DNA from: Patescibacteria group bacterium
Lineage (GTDB): Bacteria; Patescibacteriota; Patescibacteriia; 2-01-FULL-39-33
DNA: 64,000 bases
Assembly (NCBI GenBank): GCA_041649575.1
Contig: JBAZMW010000002.1
Location: 148,487-212,486, forward strand
Reading direction: 5' to 3'
In this document: one piece after another, positions 17,521-25,389 of the stretch
Layout of the letters: every line of letters begins with the position of its first letter
How positions within the stretch are numbered: position 1 is the first letter of the stretch
Program-made: the position numbers and the translations under genes
Notes under the pieces: generated by a model
The model's database searches: none
What the model was told of the DNA's origin: nothing
The model's input: the letters and a program-made list of their open reading frames with translations, nothing else

Positions 17521-20500
17521 ATGCCAGAAAAAGGACTATCTTTAAATGCCGAGCAACAAGCCGCGGTTCTTCATGATCAAGGGCCGCTTTTAATCGTGGC
17601 TGGCGCCGGCACCGGCAAAACCACGGTGATTACCGAAAGAATAGCTTATTTGATAAAAAACAAAAATTGCCGGCCGGAGGAAATTTTGGCCCTAACCTTT
17701 ACCGACAAAGCCGCCGGTGAAATGGAGGAGAGAGTCGATCGTCTTTTGCCTTACGGTTATGTCGATTTATGGATTCACACCTTTCACGCTTTTGCCGAAA
17801 AAGTTTTACACGACCACGGCCTGGAAATTGGTCTGCCCAATGATTTTAAGCTGCTCAGTACCACCGAGCAATGGCTTTTGGTTCGTCAAAATTTGGAAAA
17901 ATTTCCACTGGATTATTACCGGCCGCTGGGCAACCCGGTCAAGTTTATCCATGCCTTGTTAAAACATTTTTCGCGCGCCAAGGACGAGAATATTTCTCCC
18001 GCAGATTATCTAAATTATGTCCAGGAATTAAAGCTTAATGCCGATGGCGCAGAATTTATTAAAACCATCATCGACGAAGAGACCAAAAAACAATTAAGCA
18101 AAAAAGAACTTAAAGAAATTTTGGCCCAGGAAATCGCCAAGCAGACAGAGGTGGCCGAAGCCTATCACAGCTATCAGCAGTTGCTTTTGGCCAACAGCGC
18201 GCTGGATTTTGGCGATCTAATCAATTACGCCCTGAAACTCTTTACCACCAGAAAGAATATTCTTTTGAAATACCGCAACCAGTTCAAATATATTTTGGTT
18301 GATGAATTTCAAGACACCAATTACGCTCAATATGAATTATTGAAGCTTTTGGTCGGGCCTCAAAGCAACCTGACGGTGGTCGGCGATGACGACCAGTCGA
18401 TTTATAAGTTTCGGGGCGCTTCCATTTCCAATATTTTACAGTTCAAAGACGATTATCCGCAGGCCAAAGAAATTTTTCTCAACCAGAATTACCGCAGTTG
18501 TCAGAATATTTTAGATTTGGCTTATCGTTTTATCAAGCAGAACGATCCTTATCGTTTGGAAGTCAAGCTGGCTGGCGCCAGACAGCTTTCCAAAAAGCTC
18601 TCGGCTCAAAAGGACGGCCAAGGGGAAATCATTCATCTCCATGGCCGCCAGTTGGCCGACGAAGTGAAACTGGTGGTGGAAAAAATAATCAAGCTTTATA
18701 ACAACTCTCAAGCCGTCTCCTGGTCGGACTTCGCCGTTCTGGTTCGAGCCAATTCCAGCGCCGATGATTTTTGCTACGCTCTGGAAATGGCTGGCGTTCC
18801 TTTTAATTTTGTCGCTTCCAAGGGCCTCTATTCCAAGGCGGTGGTTTTGGATCTTTTGGCATACCTGAAACTATTGGACAATTATCACGAGGGGCCGGCT
18901 ATGTATCGCTTTTTGACGTTGCCGGTTTGGCAGATAAGTCAGAGCGATATCGTCAACTTGAATTATTGGGCCAAGAGGAAAGGCCAGTCGCTTTATGAGA
19001 CTCTCAAGCAGTCGGCGGCTCTAAACAATTTTACCCCAGATTTCCAGAGGCAGATTGGTCAGCTTTTGGCGGTGCTGGAGAAGCACGCCCAGCTGGTCAG
19101 AGAAAACAAAAAAACCACCGAAATTGTCCAAGCTTTTCTGGGCGACACCGGATATCTGAAGCAGCTTTCGGCCACGGATTCTCTGGCCAGTCGCGAACAG
19201 CTCGGCTATCTCAATCAGTTCTATAAAAAAATCCAAAATTTTGAACAGACTAGCGCCCACAACTCGGTTAAAGATTTTTTGTCTCTGGTGGAGCTGGAGC
19301 TGGAAGCTGGCGAAGAGGGGAGTTTGGAGGTCAACCTGGAGGAAGAAGGCCCCGATACCGTGAAAATCATGACCATTCATGCCGCCAAAGGCTTGGAATT
19401 CAAATATGTTTTTATCTCTAATTTGGTTGACAAGCGTCTGCCGACAATCGAGAGAAAAGACCCGATAGAATTGCCGGACAAGCTGGTCAAAGAAATTATT
19501 CCCGAGGGCGATATTCATTTACAGGAAGAGAGACGGCTGATGTATGTGGCCATGACTCGCGCCAAAGACGGTCTGTACCTGACTTCGGCCGCTGATTATG
19601 GCGGCGTCAGAAAAAAGAAACTCTCTCGTTTTCTGACGGAGCTTGCCGATTTGGGTTTGCCGCTGGCGGCCGAAATCAAAGCCGAGAGAGTCGGCGATTT
19701 GTCGGCCCGCCGACCTGCTCTAAGCGATAAGACCAGAGAAAAGGCCCCCGGCTTTTTACCCAGTAAATTCTCTTTTACCCAACTCAAGGCTTTTGAGAGC
19801 TGCCCTTATCAATATCGCTTCGCCCATGTCTTGAAGATCCCAGTCAAAGGCAAGGCCCAATTTTCTTTTGGCAAAAGCATGCACGGAACTTTGCAGAAAT
19901 TTTTTCTGTTGCTTAAGACCAAGCAAAACAAACGCCAGGGTGATTTGTTCGGCGCTAAAGATGGCAGTTCTGTCGAGGCCAGCGAAGCCGAGCTCTTAAA
20001 GATTTATCAAGAGACTTTTATCGACGATTGGTATGCCAGCAGAAAGGAGCGTGACGAATATTTTGCCAAAGGCCAGAGGGCGCTTAAAGGATTTTTTGCC
20101 CTGCACCAGCTCAACTGGCCAAGGGTGGCGGCGCTGGAACAGTCTTTTAATTTTAAGATTGCCGACGGCGGCGTTTATACTCTTTACGGTTTTATGGATC
20201 GTCTCGACGAGGTCGAGGGCGGCCTAAGAATCGTCGATTATAAAACCGGCCAGGCCAAAACCAAACTCTCCCCGGAAGACAAGGAACAGCTTTTGATTTA
20301 TCAGCTGGCGGCCGAAAAGGTGCTGGCCGAAAAAGTCAAAGAGTTGGTTTTCTATTATCTCGATGAAAACAAAGCGGTTTCTTTTTTGGGCGACGATAAA
20401 GAGCTGGCCGCTCTAAGGAAAAAAATCATGGCCATCATAGATGAGATCAAAAAAGGGGAATTCCCGCCCAAGCCGGGAGAAATCTGCAAGTATTGTGATT

Positions 20501-20532
20501 TTAATGGTATTTGCGAATATCGTTATAAATAA
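17521..20532 (+). CDS. UvrD/PcrA-family SF1 helicase fused to a C-terminal PD-(D/E)xK (Cas4/AddB-like) nuclease domain with Cys cluster
   Basis: GAGTGKTT Walker A and UvrD motifs (VDEFQDTN, GDDDQSIYKFRGA). C-terminus MDRLDEVEGGLRIVDYKTG...CKYCDFNGICEY. Confidence 0.8.
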   Translation: MPEKGLSLNAEQQAAVLHDQGPLLIVAGAGTGKTTVITERIAYLIKNKNCRPEEILALTFTDKAAGEMEERVDRLLPYGYVDLWIHTFHAFAEKVLHDHGLEIGLPNDFKLLSTTEQWLLVRQNLEKFPLDYYRPLGNPVKFIHALLKHFSRAKDENISPADYLNYVQELKLNADGAEFIKTIIDEETKKQLSKKELKEILAQEIAKQTEVAEAYHSYQQLLLANSALDFGDLINYALKLFTTRKNILLKYRNQFKYILVDEFQDTNYAQYELLKLLVGPQSNLTVVGDDDQSIYKFRGASISNILQFKDDYPQAKEIFLNQNYRSCQNILDLAYRFIKQNDPYRLEVKLAGARQLSKKLSAQKDGQGEIIHLHGRQLADEVKLVVEKIIKLYNNSQAVSWSDFAVLVRANSSADDFCYALEMAGVPFNFVASKGLYSKAVVLDLLAYLKLLDNYHEGPAMYRFLTLPVWQISQSDIVNLNYWAKRKGQSLYETLKQSAALNNFTPDFQRQIGQLLAVLEKHAQLVRENKKTTEIVQAFLGDTGYLKQLSATDSLASREQLGYLNQFYKKIQNFEQTSAHNSVKDFLSLVELELEAGEEGSLEVNLEEEGPDTVKIMTIHAAKGLEFKYVFISNLVDKRLPTIERKDPIELPDKLVKEIIPEGDIHLQEERRLMYVAMTRAKDGLYLTSAADYGGVRKKKLSRFLTELADLGLPLAAEIKAERVGDLSARRPALSDKTREKAPGFLPSKFSFTQLKAFESCPYQYRFAHVLKIPVKGKAQFSFGKSMHGTLQKFFLLLKTKQNKRQGDLFGAKDGSSVEASEAELLKIYQETFIDDWYASRKERDEYFAKGQRALKGFFALHQLNWPRVAALEQSFNFKIADGGVYTLYGFMDRLDEVEGGLRIVDYKTGQAKTKLSPEDKEQLLIYQLAAEKVLAEKVKELVFYYLDENKAVSFLGDDKELAALRKKIMAIIDEIKKGEFPPKPGEICKYCDFNGICEYRYK

Positions 20533-20710
20533 CGAGTGTTTTTAGATAATTTTTTTGAATAATATTAAAACTTTTGTTATTGTGGATAATTTTTGGTATT
20601 TTCATTTGACATACAATAAAAAAAATTTTATATTTTAAAATTATAATGATTATTATAATTTTATTTTGTTTAAATTTAGCTAAATTATTGGTATTTTAAA
20701 AAAATTACTA

Positions 20711-20739
20711 TTGACAAATATTTATCTATATGATATAAT
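20711..20739 (+). promoter_or_regulatory. Promoter TTGACA-17-TATAAT upstream of a long GC-rich leader
   Basis: TTGACA at 20711-20716, 17-bp spacer, TATAAT at 20734-20739. Confidence 0.55.
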
Positions 20740-20740
20740 T

Positions 20741-21314
20741 ATAATTGTAAAAAGATAAATAAGATATTTTTCGAATCTCCTTGCTCATGGCGTTACGCCA
20801 GTTATCTGGATGTATCGCCATTGACAAGGGTCTTTGAAAGGCGTTAGAACTATAATTTAGAGGAGGATGGCGCTTTATACGCTGCCAGTCCTGGCTTCAA
20901 GATAACTTCTTGAGGCGAGGCGGCCGGCTAAGCGCCCTGGGAAATCAGGTCACAAAATATAATTTTGCGGGCCGTACGATTCTCCCGCCAATCACCCTCT
21001 AATAATTGTTCTAAAAAATCAGGCGGGGATCTTGTCCCTGCCGCGATGCGAAGGAAGCCAGTGCCCGTAAATCTGCGCCTGTTTGGCGCAGATCAGGGCA
21101 GTCAGAAAAAGTTCGGCAAGTAGCAAAACAAACATCTTTACCGTGGCCGGCAACTTTTTCTCAAGTTTTATTCGTATCGTGGCAGAGGTAAGCGGCCACT
21201 GCCCTCTCCTTGGTGGCAAGCCGGTTTGGTTTGTATGACCGACCGGCTTGCCTCTCTACTTTAGTCAACAAGATTTGTTGACTGGGGCAGGGAAGTCAAC
21301 GAGGAGGGCGAGTC
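20741..21314 (+). ncRNA. Candidate structured RNA/long GC-rich 5' leader (unclassified) with a 12-codon mini-ORF at 20867-20905
   Basis: About 570 nt with markedly elevated G+C and multiple hairpins (e.g. GGCAAGCCGGT...ACCGGCTTGCC at 21218-21255). No B12/T-box/RNase P/tmRNA signature could be confirmed by eye. Confidence 0.3.
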
Positions 21315-21503
21315 ATGATTGTACAATGTTGTAAGTGCCTTCGCGTACGCGAAGGTACACAAGGTAGTGAGTGGAGCCAGGAGCCCGGAGAACGTTTGAC
21401 TGAAACAGACGTCTCCCATGGGTACTGCCCCGCTTGCACCGAGAAGGCGTTGGCAGAAGTACGCCAACACCATGGACAGAAGGAGGATACGCGGACCGAA
21501 TAG
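21315..21503 (+). CDS. Small zinc-ribbon protein (62 aa; CCKC...CPAC), G+C-rich
   Basis: GAGGAGGG RBS. Two CxxC pairs. Followed by a short hairpin and T-run. Confidence 0.5.
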   Translation: MIVQCCKCLRVREGTQGSEWSQEPGERLTETDVSHGYCPACTEKALAEVRQHHGQKEDTRTE

Positions 21504-21584
21504 GACCGCGTTTTAATTTTCTCAAAAATTATCAATAAATTTTTAAAGCACTCTTGACAACATCTTGTTTTTGATTTTTTTTCT

Positions 21585-21715
21585 GTGTTATAATTTTTTT
21601 GCAGGGAAGGATTATCACTCGTCATATTACCAGTTACACTTTAAACTCTCTCCCCTTAGTGTGGCCTGGCAATATCCAGAGTGCCTTCTCTAAATCCCGC
21701 CTTTACGGCGGGATT
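21585..21715 (+). ncRNA. Candidate small structured RNA (about 130 nt) ending in an intrinsic terminator
   Basis: GC-rich segment between AT-rich flanks. Terminator AAATCCCGCCtttacGGCGGGATTT plus a T-run at 21691-21730. Confidence 0.3.
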
Positions 21716-21776
21716 TATATTTTTTATTTTGTTAGTGTTTTATTTTGTGTTATAATAAGCCCATAAAAGGAGCGTT

Positions 21777-22157
21777 ATGACCATTAAGCAATTGCTTTAT
21801 ACCATTATTTTTGCCACTTTGGTTTGCTGGCTGGTGTGGTTTTTTGTTTTGTTTCAGATAGACCCGACCAGTAGCGGCCTCTTTGGTTTTTTTCTGTTTT
21901 ATGCCAGTTTGTTTTTTGGACTAGCAGGCGCTTTTTTTCTGCTTAGCTTTGCCTGGCGCAAGGTTTTCGGCAAGCTGAATTTGGAATATAAGATTGTCGG
22001 CACTTCTTTCCGCCAATCGATTTTTTTGGCGCTACTGATAGTCGGCTTGCTGTTTTTACAAAGCAAGAATTTTTTGAGCTGGTGGAATGTTATTTTACTG
22101 GTGGTGGTGGTTAGTATTTTGGAGTATTTTTTCTTGACTACCAAGAAGACAATTTAG
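21777..22157 (+). CDS. Hypothetical integral membrane protein (126 aa)
   Basis: Four predicted TM segments. AAAGGAG RBS. Confidence 0.55.
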   Translation: MTIKQLLYTIIFATLVCWLVWFFVLFQIDPTSSGLFGFFLFYASLFFGLAGAFFLLSFAWRKVFGKLNLEYKIVGTSFRQSIFLALLIVGLLFLQSKNFLSWWNVILLVVVVSILEYFFLTTKKTI

Positions 22158-22161
22158 GCTG

Positions 22162-22430
22162 TTGTCACCTTTCTTTTTTTAGAAAATTATTTTTAATGCC
22201 GCTTCTTTTCTAAAAAGAAGCGGCAGAAGAAAATCGCAGCTATTGTAAAATCCAGACAAAATTAGGTGAGTTTTCGCTAAGGCCATTAACTCCCCGCTCA
22301 GGCGCTAGCGCGCTGAGCGGGTCAAACATAATGGCCTTTGGCCTGCGGCCACCGCTCAAACTCCCAGCCAATTTTGTTCCTGGATTTTCCAGCGCTGCCT
22401 TTTTTGATCTGCTTTTCATAGGCTCGCCGT
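22162..22430 (+). repeat. Dispersed intergenic repeat, copy C
   Basis: TTGTCACCTTTCTTTTTTTAG... start and ...TTTTCATAGGCTCGC end shared with copy B. Internal near-perfect palindrome CCCGCTCAGGCGCtaGCGCGCTGAGCGGG. Confidence 0.55.
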
Positions 22431-22454
22431 AATGATTTAAATAGGACAATAACG

Positions 22455-22484
22455 TTGACTAAAGCAGCGCAAAAAGGTTATAAT
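22455..22484 (+). promoter_or_regulatory. sigma-70 promoter of pheS
   Basis: TTGACT at 22455, TATAAT at 22479-22484. Confidence 0.5.
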
Positions 22485-22493
22485 ATTTTTATT

Positions 22494-23543
22494 ATGAAAG
22501 AAAAGCTCAAGCAGTTAAAAATCGAATTTTTTGAGGCGATCAAGAAAATAAAAACCGCCTCTGATTTGGAAAATTTAGAAAATAAATTTTTGAGCCGTAA
22601 AAACGGCTTGCTCACCAATCTAATGAAAGGCCTGAAAGAGGTGGCGCGTGAAGAGGTGGCGGAGATCGGCCAATTAGCTAATGAGGTAAAAATCCAAATC
22701 ACCGATGAATTAGAGGGCCTCAAAAGCAAGCTTTCCGACCAGAGAGTCGGTGATTTTGATTTTTCTCTGCCGGGCGAGATGCCGCCCATTGGTCATTTGC
22801 ATTTGGTCACCGAGGCCATTCGCGAAATCGCTTCGATTTTTGAGGGTGTCGGCTTCCAGCGGGTCAGCTATCCGGAGGTAGAGTGGGATTATTATGCTTT
22901 TGAGGCCCTAAACATGCCCTCTGATCATCCAGCCCGCGATGAGTGGGAAACGTTTTTTATCGACCGTGAAGCTGTCAGCAAAAAGTATGGTAAGAGGATT
23001 TTGACGCCCCATACCTCTAACGCCCAGGTGCGGGAAATGGAAAAAGGCAGGTTGCCAATCCGCATGATGAATATCTCCAAAACCTATCGCCGGCAGATAG
23101 ACATTTCTCATACCCCCATGTTTCATCAGTTCGAAGGCTTGGTGATTGATAAGGATATCAATATCACTCATCTCAAAGGCACGATCGATTACTTTGTTAA
23201 GAAATTTTTTGGAGCCGACAGGACAATTCGCCTAAGGCCGCATCATTTTCAATTCACCGAGCCGAGTTTTGAAGTGGATATTTCTTGCGGCTTGTGCCAC
23301 GGTACCGGCAAGTTGGTGGATGGCTCGGCGTGTCGTATGTGCAAAGAGGGTTGGCTGGAGCTGGCTGGCGCTGGCATGGTGCATCCCAATGTCTTGAAAT
23401 TTGGCGGTATCGACTCGGGCAAATACAGCGGTTTTGCTTTTGGCTGGGGCGTGGAGCGGTGTTATACCATGAAAGCAGGATTAAACATCGATGATATTCG
23501 ACTGTTGTATAAGAATGATTTGCGGTTCAATACGCAGTTTTAA
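22494..23543 (+). CDS. pheS: Phenylalanine--tRNA ligase alpha subunit (with CxxC...CxxC zinc-ribbon insertion)
   Basis: Class II motifs (HPARDEWETFFI, FRLRPHHFQFTEPSFEVD, GAGMVHPNV). Start set at the ATG after the promoter. Confidence 0.9.
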   Translation: MKEKLKQLKIEFFEAIKKIKTASDLENLENKFLSRKNGLLTNLMKGLKEVAREEVAEIGQLANEVKIQITDELEGLKSKLSDQRVGDFDFSLPGEMPPIGHLHLVTEAIREIASIFEGVGFQRVSYPEVEWDYYAFEALNMPSDHPARDEWETFFIDREAVSKKYGKRILTPHTSNAQVREMEKGRLPIRMMNISKTYRRQIDISHTPMFHQFEGLVIDKDINITHLKGTIDYFVKKFFGADRTIRLRPHHFQFTEPSFEVDISCGLCHGTGKLVDGSACRMCKEGWLELAGAGMVHPNVLKFGGIDSGKYSGFAFGWGVERCYTMKAGLNIDDIRLLYKNDLRFNTQF

Positions 23544-23569
23544 TAAATTTATAAATAAGGCTGGTTTTC

Positions 23570-24649
23570 ATGAATTATATTAAACAACCAATTGGCTACA
23601 TTAAAGCAGAGGGTTCTGGTCCTGATATAGTGGGTTCGGCTATTCGTATTTTAAAAGAAGTCGAAAAAAAGATGGATGTAAGATTTAAACTAATAGAGTA
23701 TAAAGGCCAAGCGCCAGCACTGAAATATACCACTAAATCATTTACTGAACTAAAAAATTTTTATAAAAGAATTCGAGAAAGAAAGGGATGTATTATTCGT
23801 GGAGGAATTTACGCTAGACAGGTTTATAGATTGCGACACGATTTTAGGCTGACATATAAACCAATCTTAATCAACCCCATACCGGAATTGTTTGAAAATT
23901 CTCCTTTTAAGGCAGCCTTTGCCAAAAAAATAAACTTATTAATAGCCAGAGAAAACGCGCAAGGGCTATTGGTTTCCAAAGAGATATTAAAGAAAACAAA
24001 AACTAACGAGATATTTGAGGGAAAATTTTTTTACGACAAAAATCTTTGCCGAAAGTTTATAGAAATGTGCTATCAGGCCGCTAGTAAAAGGAAGAAAAAA
24101 ATCATGTTTTTAATTAAGGGTGATGTTTGGAGTCGTCAGAGTTTTGGTGGTATGTGGTTTAGTTTATGGAAGGAGGTTGGAAAAAAATATCCAGAAGTGG
24201 AATTTGATTGGGAACACGACGACACTTGGCTTGGCTATTTTATGAATCATCCAGAAAAATATGATATGGTAGTAGCTTTGGGCATTAGTGGCGATTTAAT
24301 TACCGATCCGATTGCCACTTTAGCTTATGGCACCAGAGCAATTACTCCTAGCGCTAACATTGCTCCAGACGGTTTTATGACTGTTCAAACCATTCATGGC
24401 GCCGGAACCGGTATACCAAAAGGTAAGGCCAATCCCATCGCCATGATTAGAGGCATTGGTCTATTGATGGAATATTTTTTTGAAATGCCAGAGATGAAAA
24501 ATCTTATCGATCTATCTATAAGAAAGGTACTGGCCAGAGGATATAGAACAATAGATATTTATCTTAGTAATAATCCCAAACACAAATTGATCGGCTGTAA
24601 AGAAATGACCAGCTTAATAGTAGAAGAGATGCAAAAACTAACCAGTTAA
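23570..24649 (+). CDS. Isocitrate/isopropylmalate dehydrogenase-family (Iso_dh-like) protein, divergent
   Basis: N-terminal IGYIKAEGSGPDIVG and GDLITDPIATLAYGTRAITPSANIAPDG resemble the Iso_dh fold. Assignment is tentative. Confidence 0.4.
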   Translation: MNYIKQPIGYIKAEGSGPDIVGSAIRILKEVEKKMDVRFKLIEYKGQAPALKYTTKSFTELKNFYKRIRERKGCIIRGGIYARQVYRLRHDFRLTYKPILINPIPELFENSPFKAAFAKKINLLIARENAQGLLVSKEILKKTKTNEIFEGKFFYDKNLCRKFIEMCYQAASKRKKKIMFLIKGDVWSRQSFGGMWFSLWKEVGKKYPEVEFDWEHDDTWLGYFMNHPEKYDMVVALGISGDLITDPIATLAYGTRAITPSANIAPDGFMTVQTIHGAGTGIPKGKANPIAMIRGIGLLMEYFFEMPEMKNLIDLSIRKVLARGYRTIDIYLSNNPKHKLIGCKEMTSLIVEEMQKLTS

Positions 24650-24650
24650 G

Positions 24651-24848
24651 TTGTCACTTTTCTTTTTTTAGTAAAAAGAAAAGCTGACGCAAAAGAAAAA
24701 AGCGCGATCTAATGAAAATTTGGCGCTTTAAGTCAAAATCCTAACAAAATTTTTAAACTCGCTTCGCCTACGGCTCGCTCAAACAGTAAAAATTTAGTAA
24801 CGGATTTTGCCTTACGCTTATTCCAAATTTTCATAGGCTCGCATTGTA
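24651..24848 (+). repeat. Dispersed intergenic repeat, copy B
   Basis: About 80 nt nearly identical to the reverse complement of copy A (cttttctttttttagtaaaaagaaaagctgacgcaaaagaaaaaagcgcga) and the ...gctcaaac...aaattttcataggctcgca tail. Confidence 0.6.
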
Positions 24849-24853
24849 AAAAA

Positions 24854-25345
24854 ATGAGAAGAATTAATAAAAATACATTGAAATGGATAATAGGAACGAT
24901 AATCGTACCTATTATTATAGCTGTAATAATGGTTAGTAATCAAGTACAGCAAAGCATAACTAATAGTGACAATTCTATTATGGCTGGTATAAATATTGCT
25001 AAAACCACTGGTGACAATAGTCCAGCCGTGGTTGGTGATAATAATAATTTTGAATACCATGTTAGTACTACAAGCACGCCTCAAAGACATGTTGATCAAA
25101 AGGTTATCGATTATTTAAATAGAGAAATACCCAAAGATGATCAAATAAAAATATTTATTGGGGCTGTTGCTCTTGATTCGGAAGCGTATATTTTTGCACA
25201 AGAAATATTTCATTATTTAACTGGTAAGTATAAAAATGTATATGGCATTGAATCTTTGGTGAATGATAATATGTCCCCAGGAATTCATATACACAAAAAG
25301 TTACAAGAAAAAAATATTTATATTGATATTCAAACTCATGAATAA
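24854..25345 (+). CDS. Hypothetical protein with N-terminal TM anchor
   Basis: AT-rich ORF with hydrophobic N-terminus (WIIGTIIVPIIIAVIMV). No known motifs. Confidence 0.45.
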   Translation: MRRINKNTLKWIIGTIIVPIIIAVIMVSNQVQQSITNSDNSIMAGINIAKTTGDNSPAVVGDNNNFEYHVSTTSTPQRHVDQKVIDYLNREIPKDDQIKIFIGAVALDSEAYIFAQEIFHYLTGKYKNVYGIESLVNDNMSPGIHIHKKLQEKNIYIDIQTHE

Positions 25346-25389
25346 TATAAAATACAGCCCTGTTTTGATAAAAATAGATTAAATAAAAT

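Noticed and set aside
21019-21219. Minus-strand 66-aa ORF (TTG start) within the GC-rich leader.
   Set aside because: It has no convincing start/SD and lies antisense to a structured leader region. It is more likely a non-coding GC-rich artefact, though an internal 38-aa hydrophobic peptide cannot be excluded.
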